Origin: a virus
Taxonomy: Duplodnaviria; Caudoviricetes
IMG/VR virus record: IMGVR_UViG_3300032236_001024
Span: 32,001-96,000 of that record
Strand: one strand, 5' to 3'
DNA length: 64,000 nucleotides
Shown here: positions 39,501 to 47,100 of the stretch, one piece after another
Layout of the letters: each line of letters starts with the position of its first letter
How positions within the stretch are numbered: position 1 is the stretch's first letter
The notes under the pieces: generated by a model
Databases searched by the model: none
Told to the model about the DNA's origin: nothing
The model's input: only the letters and a program-made list of their open reading frames with translations
Position numbers and translations under genes: made by a program

Positions 39501-39826
39501 TAAAAAATCATGGAACTATTAGTTCACCAACATTGAATCTATATGTTGCTAATGGTAACATACAAACATTGACTCTTGGAACTGATACAGTTACATTGTC
39601 ATTAATAAATACTGGAATGATAGCTAATAGATCATATAGTATGGCATTGATTGTTACTCAAGATAGTGTTGGTAATAGAAATATTGTTTTTCCAGCCAGT
39701 GTTAAGTGGCAAGGTGGTTATACACCAACATTTACAAAGACAGCATCAAAAACTGATATTATGTCATTGGTAACAGTAGATGCTGGCACATCTTGGTATG
39801 CAACATATTCTGGTAAGGGTTATTAA
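30530..39826 (+). CDS. Giant (3098 aa) collagen-like fibre/adhesin with many inserted globular domains
   Basis: Long GYTGSx Gly-X-Y runs interrupted by about 12 non-repetitive modules; FPDNP..W.WDG.RW N-terminus; C-terminal TQD..G.R..W..G..P..T...DI..WY domain. Confidence 0.85.
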   Translation: MAQLIFPDNPLIGATTTTGGYVWQWDGERWLKVPTDYRGSAGYVGSFGYTGSTGAGFTGSRGFVGAPSAIQIIESTGASSYTLDRLVADALSLFVIVNGSFLIANVDYTASSSTITFNNIPQTKSNIEIIFWDVAGYYGSTGYQGSAGYTGSAGVGYTGSVGAVGSVGYQGSVGVQGPPGGERGYAGSKGDRGFFGYSGSSGYIGSQGDIGYTGSASTVVGPQGPRGINPSKGIDLYNSSSYQNLTGVTVDTATNLKQTVDSTINDAGIDNVFYFNGDGERYVEGVYKLNLFGYQSVSLSVYSGDGLWAPIPTNPILIEYSIDPDNYGWQNFAIINPSLLTIGLWNTLTFNIPNEAKNPTGVYFRYIQYVNGGIGKDNYLLTDLVLNPLIGYTGSQSYTGSAGYTGSSGYQGSIGYSGSVGDTGGTGYQGSEGYQGSEGYQGSVGYTGSTGNRGIQGEIGPKGDTGDTGYQGSAGFRGQTGFKGSYGELGETGYRGSVGYQGSVGDKGPQGDPGGPRGYAGSAGSGYAGSAGAGYTGSIGIGYAGSKGDSGFSGSRGNQALSNLKYNWANFINSVTVDSGQVRPFAGTSLSNISTLALSKTTSDGIGVSTYLSQLFLGSSNDTKNVKGYIFLNKENGTVAEQTILKITNITSTNEAIVFSLEYVSGYSGTYSEDTSIIISFNTISIGYSGSVGFTGSFGFVGSQGYTGSRAYTGSQGGTGYTGSASTVVGPPGPKGDTGEYGAVGFTGSRGLRAGTVRYWSGGASGSTPDTYHLTFDGSLIRLQVADLNYVDYTFSQTSGWRILGQLINSVPVIYPTQVRGILYVIPVIDYPSEDKLWTPNVFEVNSSATLGYNQFGSFFQFNINHVAGQNEYFEGKQVELLFVPSGETGFTGSRGEQGDPGDPGIRGYTGSASTTGGYTGSRAYTGSAGYVGSASTIPGYNGSKGDTGYTGSKGLDGVYAALGYTGSQGLQGQDGGTGFTGSVGPRGVGYDGSRGSLGYTGSIGFTGSRGYTGSSGYGGSVGYDGSRGYDGSIGYTGSQGAGYTGSVGYDGSKGDLGYTGSIGFSGSRGIFGYSGSVGYAGSGGLGYTGSRGSGYTGSVGYAGSIGDLGYTGSIGFSGSKGDIGTLGYDGSVGYTGSRAYTGSIGYTGSKGEIGYAGSRGLLGYTGSVGYVGSQGIPGAYAALGYTGSVGIGYTGSVGAGYTGSVGYDGSKGDLGYTGSIGYTGSVGYVGSQGIPGAYAALGYTGSSGFVGSRGLLGYTGSLGYTGSFGYTGSQSYTGSTGFVGSLGYTGSIGVGYTGSQSYTGSTGFIGSRGDLGYTGSRAYTGSIGYTGSQSYTGSVGFIGSAGYVGSLGYTGSTGIGYTGSQSYTGSTGFVGSKGDLGFTGSRGAGYTGSVGFVGSVGFVGSRGDIGYAGSQGLQGIPGIAAAIGYVGSQGPQGPAGGYTGSKGYNGSLGYVGSRGFAGSQGPQGITGFVGSFGYTGSLGKIAGAVRFTGASTVGSSSSGTLPSIGGFQFDTNNALTTTTIEINKTDTFGASNLLSDIINSNNNAIKGQLYVTSNDGLYTTVYNVTSGEYVPNLSGSRDLDFTRLKVSYLSGYTGTFTNIPADISFIPTGQQGYTGSSGFAGSRGVLGPTGYVGSVGFVGSRGIDGAYAALGYTGSRGYVGSIGYTGSIGFTGSFGYTGSLGYTGSIGFTGSFGYTGSQGIPGAYAAMGYVGSRGNTGYIGSQGLQGPQGPAGGYTGSRGAIGRTGNSLNYTLFDYRYTITNPGEFIHNNGTVELSTQVIFSKYDNYYVTGFDYFNGLLTPNTNERIKAKLILTLRRDYENFSQDYLTVFNVLNIVDAGDTFIINVEYVSNGWPEIYDPHTIDVTLIPYNNGYTGSDGYTGSIGYTGSQSYTGSKGYAGSLGYTGSRAYTGSQGYTGSQSYTGSFGYTGSIGFTGSIGYTGSQSYTGSFGYAGSQGDLGYTGSRGPIGYAGSRGYSGSLGYFGSFGYVGSFGYTGSIGFTGSIGYTGSRGDTGYIGSFGYTGSIGFTGSLGYTGSRGIQGITGYVGSLGYTGSFGYTGSQGYTGSKSYTGSQGIQGDLGYTGSYGYTGSIGYTGSRGNTGYFGSVGYVGSRGATGATYFERILDFDNEGTYIADGVGVQLASSVPLLPSSGYGNIAVFGYASTASNRSITTAVKKYLSGFNAITFSYNKASGGPGGATGGWGDLPELNEGLSFEYSVDGINWTAFVYFNPLTTVNNVWTNYTVNIPTDAKDSRGVYLRYNQTNYSGGTADNWAVTQPVIAVVGYIGSTGDQGPRGYTGSQSYTGSRGSLGYTGSKGEPGTFGGAAFDYHFDISTTNSSPASGRLRLNNTNITSASALYISDSDYGSIPVYGYLQTIDDSTSTIKGHFNITERANTENYAMFAIINYHTHPTGYFNVPISYLSGSGTFTDDMDIVITFARTGDKGDKGDTGPIGYTGSYGYQGSAGYFGSVGYYGSAGDKGIQGDTGYRGSVGYTSSVGYTSSVGYTGSVGDTGYRGSVGYTSSVGYTSSVGYTGSRGDTGYTGSVGDTGYRGSVGYTSSVGYTSSVGYTGSAGYRGSEGYRGSVGYQSSTGYFGSTGYFGSTGYQGSEGYRGSVGYTSSVGYLGSTGYQGSEGVRGPEGYRGSVGYQGSAGYTGSQSYTGSTGYFGSVGYTGSRGAGYTGSLGRTPAALRFNVKNGPGNSSGWSLQIPDVKTIFFIDFNDAQSVQQININRTDLFDVNAPSLLNQINLMTTLVRGRLYVSALSGELSIFDVTDSSYVDYDTSGFLVGLSYTKVNVKYASGYTGSFDNKVVDITFIPTYTNYSGSVGFRGSVGYLGSSGPATVTEKTTYPTDPINGQMWFDPDTGTLSYYYQGGNTWLAVGRGRIGERGPLGYSGSLGYTGSTGAGYVGSTGYFGSFGYTGSVGYTGSQSYTGSRGYTGSVGYVGSQGAFDTQTQYNFQNTITMSANLVVNNVTIGTSFEILNFSEIVKNHGTISSPTLNLYVANGNIQTLTLGTDTVTLSLINTGMIANRSYSMALIVTQDSVGNRNIVFPASVKWQGGYTPTFTKTASKTDIMSLVTVDAGTSWYATYSGKGY

Positions 39827-41019
39827 TGTTTGGTGCGTCTGGAGTATTATTTTCTACAAATTATAATAATAATGGCGAAAAATTACTTACTCAAGTTTCA
39901 GATAATATTGTTATTCCAACAATACAATTAGTTTCCGATAGCAATTGGGTTCCTTTAAATTTTTCAGGATTTATAAAATCACAAAATGCTGATTCGCCAT
40001 TCGTAAATAGTAGTACTTCTTCTGGTGGTGATATATCTTTAACATTTACTACTTCATCTGATGGAAATCATTTGGCAACTACTGGTGGAACATATGCTCA
40101 ACCATATGTAAGTTCTACTGTTGGTAGTGGTCAAAGTACATATGCGAATCCTAGTGGTTCACATTCACATACAACTCCTCCAATTAGTATAGCTGGTACA
40201 AGTTTATATCCATTTCATTTAAAAACAAAAATGTATACAAGAGCTACAAATTCTAATAAAATTTTTACTCTACCAATTGGAACAATAGTTTTTGGTGAAA
40301 ATATTGAAGATAGCGGAGTTGTTGCTACTTCCACTTATAGTAGTTTATATCTTTATGCGACAACAAATGATGCTGATGTTGGTAGAATTGGTGGTGGCAC
40401 AACTTCTCGTTCTATAAATTTAACTACTAGTCAAGGAGGCTCTCATAATCATGGAGCGACTGGTGTAAGAGCGCAAAATGGTTATAATCCTGCTTTTGGT
40501 TCCGAAAAATCAGCTGCAATTGATACAAATCAAAGTACTGGTCATACACATTCTTTATCTGCATCTTTAACACAATATATTAAATATATGAAATTGAATA
40601 CATATATTGTACAACAAGAAAATGTATATATTCGTTATGGTATGATATTTGGATTTACTTCTAATAATGTTCCACCAAACTGGTATTGTTGTAATGGTCA
40701 AACTATAGATGGTTATACAACTCCAAATCTTGTTGACAGATATGTAATGTTTGGGTATCAAGCAAACCATAAAGGTATTCCACCATCTGCATACGACAAA
40801 AACGCTTTAGTATTATCCAATGTTTCTTTATCTACTGAAAATTGGTTTCATTATCATGGTACAGGTGATGGTTGGCAAACTGTTGGTAATTATGGTAGAG
40901 AAAATCGTTATCATTCAACTGTTAGTGTTCCGCATACTCATACTATTACCACTTCTTCATCATCAATTGACTATGAACCACCAAATTACAATTTGATATA
41001 TTATATTTACTTACCATAA
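39826..41019 (+). CDS. Tail-collar-like protein with three collar/HxH repeats
   Basis: GMIFGF..VPPNWYCCNGQT..TTPNLVDRY (phage tail collar); HSH, HNH, HTH, HYH motifs; EPP.Y.L.YI C-terminus. Confidence 0.75.
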   Translation: MFGASGVLFSTNYNNNGEKLLTQVSDNIVIPTIQLVSDSNWVPLNFSGFIKSQNADSPFVNSSTSSGGDISLTFTTSSDGNHLATTGGTYAQPYVSSTVGSGQSTYANPSGSHSHTTPPISIAGTSLYPFHLKTKMYTRATNSNKIFTLPIGTIVFGENIEDSGVVATSTYSSLYLYATTNDADVGRIGGGTTSRSINLTTSQGGSHNHGATGVRAQNGYNPAFGSEKSAAIDTNQSTGHTHSLSASLTQYIKYMKLNTYIVQQENVYIRYGMIFGFTSNNVPPNWYCCNGQTIDGYTTPNLVDRYVMFGYQANHKGIPPSAYDKNALVLSNVSLSTENWFHYHGTGDGWQTVGNYGRENRYHSTVSVPHTHTITTSSSSIDYEPPNYNLIYYIYLP

Positions 41020-41022
41020 ATA
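41015..41022 (+). promoter_or_regulatory. Late-promoter-like CATAAATA
   Basis: Overlaps the upstream stop codon, 26 nt before the ATG at 41049. Confidence 0.6.
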
Positions 41023-41048
41023 CATTAAAATAATGAACAGAGTTTTTT

Positions 41049-42338
41049 ATGTCAATTTCATTTCCTAGTAATCCATCACTTCTTGATATAGTCGTAACTG
41101 GCGGAACCACATGGCAGTGGGATGGATATCGTTGGGCTCCAACTGCAGATGTTGGTTATCAAGGATCACTTGGATTTCGTGGTTCTGTAGGTTATACTTC
41201 ATCTGTCGGTTATCTTGGTTCAACTGGTTATCAAGGTTCGACAGGGTATCAAGGATCAGTTGGTTATGCCGGATCAGCTGGCGTCTCATATTTTCAAAAT
41301 ACTACACCCACAACACTTATACCTGGTGAATTATGGTTTGATACAGATGATGGATTTATGTCTGCATACTTTGCAGATGAAGATACATGGGTTGGTATTA
41401 ATGGTGGAATGGCTGGTTATCAAGGTTCAAGAGGTGAACTTGGATACACTGGCTCATTAGGATATACGGGTTCTTTTGGACCATATGGCGGAACTTCTAT
41501 ATATTTTAAATTTGATACTGATATTTTAAATACTCAACCAAGCACTAGTTATGTAAAATTTAACAACACAAATTTGAGTGTTGCGACTAATTTAAAAGTT
41601 AGCACTACAGACACAAATTCAGTGACAATAAGTTCTCTTATAAATTCTCTGGTTGAAACAAATTCAACAAATTATTATAATAAAGCTTATATTACTATAA
41701 CTTCTAAAGTTTCTCCAAGTAGATATGTAATTTATTATGTCACTGGTGCTACATTTACAACTGGCGATACATCTATTAATTTGCTCATATCATATGTAAG
41801 CGGAAAAACAACTCCATTTGATGCTAATGAAGATATAATTTTATCATTTAGTAAGAATGGACCTATTGGTTATACTGGATCGAAAGGTTCTTTTGATCCA
41901 AATGCTACTTTAATTTTTTCCAACACAATAACTTTTTCAAATAATATAGTCGTAAACAATGCTTTTATTGGTACATCTGTCGATTTAATTAATTATTCTG
42001 AAGCAACAAAAAATCATGGAACTCTTACTGGAGCAACCACAGTATATGTTGCAAATGGAAATATTCAATTTATGACTTTGGGTGCTTCACCTATAACATT
42101 GACTTTTTCAAATACGGGTATGCAAGATAATAAATCATACAATTTAACTTTAGTTATAACACAAGATGGTGTTGGTGGAAGAACATTATCATACAATTCA
42201 TCAAACCCAATAAAATGGACTTATGGCACAATACCACCATTGACAACAACAGCAAATGCTACAGATATTCTTACATTTTTTACTGCAAATAAAGGCGCAT
42301 CATGGTATGGCGCACTTTCTGGTAAAAATTTCATCTAA
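41049..42338 (+). CDS. Short collagen-like fibre, miniature paralogue of 30530-39826
   Basis: Same FP.NP..WQWDG.RW N-terminus, PGELWFDTD module, one spacer domain and the same C-terminal domain. Confidence 0.8.
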   Translation: MSISFPSNPSLLDIVVTGGTTWQWDGYRWAPTADVGYQGSLGFRGSVGYTSSVGYLGSTGYQGSTGYQGSVGYAGSAGVSYFQNTTPTTLIPGELWFDTDDGFMSAYFADEDTWVGINGGMAGYQGSRGELGYTGSLGYTGSFGPYGGTSIYFKFDTDILNTQPSTSYVKFNNTNLSVATNLKVSTTDTNSVTISSLINSLVETNSTNYYNKAYITITSKVSPSRYVIYYVTGATFTTGDTSINLLISYVSGKTTPFDANEDIILSFSKNGPIGYTGSKGSFDPNATLIFSNTITFSNNIVVNNAFIGTSVDLINYSEATKNHGTLTGATTVYVANGNIQFMTLGASPITLTFSNTGMQDNKSYNLTLVITQDGVGGRTLSYNSSNPIKWTYGTIPPLTTTANATDILTFFTANKGASWYGALSGKNFI

Positions 42339-42353
42339 AAGGAGAAATATATT

Positions 42354-42860
42354 ATGGAATTTAATAGAGTAACACTGGATTTTGTAAATAAAAATTGTAG
42401 TATTTCATTAAATGGAGTAAACCATTTATTCAGTTCAGTTGATAAATTTATGTCATTGTCTGGTTATCCATTTACTGATACACACCTTGTATTTTTTGAG
42501 CCAGAAAGAGGAATTTTTGTTGTAGAAAGATCAGGACCAATTACTGTTGCTGGTGAAAATATAGAAGAAATTCAATGGATAAATTCGAATAGAGATAATT
42601 TAATTCAAGCAGCACATAATGATGGTTATGGTAATGTCGAATTATCATATATGCCAACATTACAACAAATTAGAGATCAAAAATTATATGAAACTGATTG
42701 GATGGTGACTCGTCATAGGGATCAATTGGATTTGAGTATGTATCCAACTTTATCAAATATCCAATATCAAAATCTATTGACATATAGACAAGCTTTAAGA
42801 GACATTACAAAAGTATATAACAATCTTGATGATGTAGTTTGGCCTTTGCTAGATATTTAA
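42354..42860 (+). CDS. Tail fibre assembly chaperone (Phage_tail_APC/Tfa-like C-terminus)
   Basis: IRDQKLYETDW..R..D...L....Y..L..YRQALRDIT...VVWP; AGGAG Shine-Dalgarno upstream. Confidence 0.75.
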   Translation: MEFNRVTLDFVNKNCSISLNGVNHLFSSVDKFMSLSGYPFTDTHLVFFEPERGIFVVERSGPITVAGENIEEIQWINSNRDNLIQAAHNDGYGNVELSYMPTLQQIRDQKLYETDWMVTRHRDQLDLSMYPTLSNIQYQNLLTYRQALRDITKVYNNLDDVVWPLLDI

Positions 42861-42864
42861 TATA

Positions 42865-44070
42865 ATGTTAAATTTTAAACTTAGAGATATTGATCTATCT
42901 TTAGCAACTACAAAAGAATTGCCACTTGGTTCTGTTATTTTTGTTGCAAATAATGATCTTAATAATTATGCAAACAAAAGTAATTGGTCTCTGATTGATA
43001 TGTCTCAATCAGATGGTTCTCCATCATTAATAAAAATTGTTGATCCATCTTCAATCGGAAAAATTAAGTATACAACTGTTTCTGATAGTATTACTACTAA
43101 TTCAAATGGTGATCATGTTGGTCCATCTACTGGGCTTTATAGATCATGGTTGTATTATTCTGGAGTAGATACTACAAGACCATTTATAACAAAAACAACT
43201 GGGGCGCACAATCATTCTGTAAGTAATTTATCAAATTATCTTTCTAATAATTATCCACTTTCTATAGTTGTTGGAGCTTACAAATCAAATCAAATTACAA
43301 ATGTTATACCAAAAAATACTATAATTTTTACAGATTCTCCTAATAGTGATTTAGATTTAATTGATACTTCAAAAATAAATTGCTTTATGATATCTGGTAA
43401 TTCTAATTGGTTATCAACTTATTCACAATCAAATAATGGTTTATTTGGTTCTAATAATTATTCTTCTACATCCTCTTTAGTTATGGGAAGTAGTGGAGAT
43501 CATGAACATAGTAATTATGGAAATTATAATGGGTTTTCTAATATTAGTAATTACACTAATAATGGTCAAGAAAATTTGACTGCAGGCTCTCACACTCACG
43601 TTTTACAAAATTTTTCAGCTTCCATAGAACTTAAAAGAACATTATTAAAAACATATAAAACAAATAAAGATACTTTTGTTTTTCAAAAAATGATAATTGG
43701 TTATGCTAATACTGATGTGCTTTCTTTAGCATCAACAGGATGGTATGTATGTAATGGTCAAACTGTTGGAGCCTATACTACACCAAATTTAACAAATAGA
43801 TATCCACAATTGAATACAACTTTTCATAATGTTAGTAATCCTGTTGGAAGTGATTTTAATCAATATAAAATAACATCTAGTATGGCTAATGCTAACAGTC
43901 ATACTCATAAAGGAGCTACTACTTCACGTTCATATACAGATGGAACGTATATAGCTCAACATGATGATTATAATTCATGGACATGGGCTCATTCTCATAC
44001 TCTAAACAATAATTTAAATTATGAACCATCATATTATGGTCTATCATTTATAATATATTTGGGCTCATAA
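42865..44070 (+). CDS. Second tail-collar-like protein with three collar/HxH repeats
   Basis: LPLGSVIF, IPKNTIIF, MIIGY..GWYVCNGQTVG.YTTPNLTNRY; HNH, HEH, HTH, HSH; YEPSYYGLSFIIY. Confidence 0.75.
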   Translation: MLNFKLRDIDLSLATTKELPLGSVIFVANNDLNNYANKSNWSLIDMSQSDGSPSLIKIVDPSSIGKIKYTTVSDSITTNSNGDHVGPSTGLYRSWLYYSGVDTTRPFITKTTGAHNHSVSNLSNYLSNNYPLSIVVGAYKSNQITNVIPKNTIIFTDSPNSDLDLIDTSKINCFMISGNSNWLSTYSQSNNGLFGSNNYSSTSSLVMGSSGDHEHSNYGNYNGFSNISNYTNNGQENLTAGSHTHVLQNFSASIELKRTLLKTYKTNKDTFVFQKMIIGYANTDVLSLASTGWYVCNGQTVGAYTTPNLTNRYPQLNTTFHNVSNPVGSDFNQYKITSSMANANSHTHKGATTSRSYTDGTYIAQHDDYNSWTWAHSHTLNNNLNYEPSYYGLSFIIYLGS

Positions 44071-44073
44071 ATA
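44066..44073 (+). promoter_or_regulatory. Late-promoter-like CATAAATA
   Basis: Overlaps the upstream stop codon, ahead of the ATG at 44107. Confidence 0.6.
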
Positions 44074-44106
44074 CATAAAATAAAGAATAAAAGGTATTAA
44101 AAATTA

Positions 44107-47100
44107 ATGGCAATTTTATTTCCAGATAATCCAACAGTTGGACTTACACATGTTGCGGCTGGTAGAACTTGGCGCTGGGATGGTAAGCGTTGGACTACTA
44201 TTGGTGATGTTGGATATAAAGGCTCAGAAGGTTATCAGGGTTCTGAAGGTGTTCGTGGTTCTGTAGGTTATACTTCATCTGTAGGTTACACATCCTCTGT
44301 TGGTTTCCAAGGTTCTACTGGCTATCGTGGATCGGAAGGTTATAAAGGTTCTGAAGGATACAAAGGCTCTGAAGGTTACAAAGGTTCTGAAGGATATAAA
44401 GGCTCTGAAGGTTATAAAGGTTCTGAAGGATACAAAGGCTCTGAAGGTTATAAAGGTTCTGAAGGATACAAAGGCTCTGAAGGTTATAAGGGAAGCGAAG
44501 GCTACAAGGGTTCTGAGGGATATAAAGGTTCTGAGGGTTATAAGGGAAGTGAAGGCTATAAAGGGTCTGAAGGTTATAAAGGTTCTGAAGGCTATAAAGG
44601 TTCAGAAGGTTATAAAGGTTCGGAAGGATATAAAGGTTCTGAAGGTTATCAGGGATCAGTAGGATATACTGGTTCAGCTGGTGATGTTGGCTATAAAGGA
44701 AGTGAAGGTTATCGTGGATCAGAAGGCTTTCGTGGTTCTGTAGGTTATACCTCATCTGTTGGTTACACATCCTCTGTTGGCTTCCAAGGTTCAGAAGGCT
44801 ACAAGGGTTCTGAAGGATACAAAGGTTCTGAAGGTTATCAGGGTTCTGAAGGTTATCAGGGATCATTAGGATATCAAGGTTCATCTGGTATTACTGGATA
44901 TCGTGGTAGTGGTGGTGTTTCTGGTGTAACTGGTTATTCTGGTTCTGTAGGTTATCAAGGTTCTGAAGGTTATAAAGGCTCTGAAGGTTATCAGGGATCA
45001 GTAGGATATCAAGGTTCAAGAGGTTCTGACGGTTTCCGTGGTATCGTTGGTTATCAAGGTTCAGAAGGTTATAAAGGATCGATAGGTTATACCGGATCAT
45101 ATGGATATACTGGTTCTAGAGGATTTGCTGGTTCAAGAGGTATTCAAGGTATTCCCGGTGATGTTGGACCTACAGGTGATACTGGATATACTGGTTCTGC
45201 TGGTTATTCTGGTTCACAAGGATTTACTGGATCACAAGGTGACATAGGCGATAAAGGTGAAAAAGGGTTTACTGGTTCAAAAGGTCAGCAAGGCGATTTT
45301 GGTGGTGCTGCATTTGATTATAGATTTACCACAGATACTACAAGTTCTATTCCAGCAAGTGGTTATTTAAAATTTAATAGTTCTACTGTAGGTGATGTAA
45401 CATCATTATACATCAATAAAAATGATATATTTGCTAATTCTGTATATAATTATTTAAAGACTATCGATGATTCTACATCATCTATTCGTGGTCATTTTAC
45501 AGTAACTGAAAGAGCAAACACTCACAATTATAATATGTTTACTATCATTGGTAATTTACAGGATTATCAAAGTGATGGGTATTTTGTTGTTCCTGTTGGA
45601 TTTGTTACTGGCGTATCATCTGGTCTAGCTAATTTTTCAAATAATTTGGAAGTTCTTATTACTTTTGCCAGAACTGGTGATAAAGGTGATAAGGGCGATA
45701 CTGGTTATGTTGGCTCTACTGGTTATTGGGGATCAACTGGATATACTGGTTCAACTGGATATTGGGGTTCAGTTGGATTTACTGGATCATTAGGTTATTG
45801 GGGGTCTACTGGTTATGTTGGATCACAAGGATATACTGGTTCTACTGGTTATGTTGGTTCATTAGGTTATTGGGGATCGGTAGGATTTGTCGGATCAATC
45901 GGATATACAGGTTCGCAAGGATATACTGGATCAACTGGTTATTGGGGATCAACTGGATATTGGGGTTCAGTTGGATTTACCGGATCAATCGGATATACTG
46001 GTTCACAAGGATATACTGGGTCTGTTGGATATGTTGGTTCCACTGGTTATTGGGGATCGGTAGGATTTACTGGATCAATCGGATATACTGGATCAATCGG
46101 ATTTACAGGTTCAGTTGGATTTGTAGGATCAACCGGATATTGGGGATCGGTAGGATTTACTGGATCAATCGGATATACTGGATCAATCGGATTTACAGGT
46201 TCAGTTGGATATGTTGGTTCACAGGGTGTACAAGGTACTAGAGGTGTTCCTGGTCCTATTGGTGATCAAGGACCAATAGGTTATACAGGTTCTATAGGAT
46301 TCTTTGATTCTCTTGGTTATACTGGATCGATTGGTGCTGGTTATACTGGTTCAAAAGGTTATGCAGGTTCACTTGGTTATACTGGATCACTTGGATATTG
46401 GGGTTCGGTCGGATTTACTGGATCAGTTGGATTTGTTGGGTCTGTTGGTTATACTGGATCACAAGGTATACAAGGTGTAACTGGTTACGATGGTTCAACT
46501 GGTTATTGGGGTTCGGTTGGATTTACTGGTTCGATTGGTTATACTGGATCAGTTGGTGCTGGTTATACTGGTTCAACTGGTTATTGGGGTTCAGTCGGAT
46601 TTGCAGGTTCACTTGGTTATACAGGTTCTATAGGATTTACTGGATCGGTTGGATTTGTCGGTTCAGTAGGTTATGTTGGTTCACAAGGTGATCTTGGTCC
46701 ACAGGGATATATTGGCGGATCATTAATTTTTAATTTTACTACTGGTTCTACTTCATCAGGAGACCCAGCTTCAGGTTATATAAAATTTTATGGTGGAACT
46801 GGAAGTAGTTTATCTAATCCATCATCATTAACTAAAATTATGATCAGTAAAACAGAAGCAAAAAGTGGTTCTGATTTAACAAGTTATTTACTTTCATTGA
46901 CTAATTATAATACGTCAACTATAAAAGCTTATGTAACTATTTCTGATGCAAAAAATTATACAAAACATGCAATTTTTCAAATATCAGCTAGAATTCCTGT
47001 AACTTATCCTCTAGGAAATGAAAATACTAATGTAACATATATTCAATATGGTATACAGTGTATAGCAGGTAGTGGTCTCAGTAGTATTACTTCTGACGCA

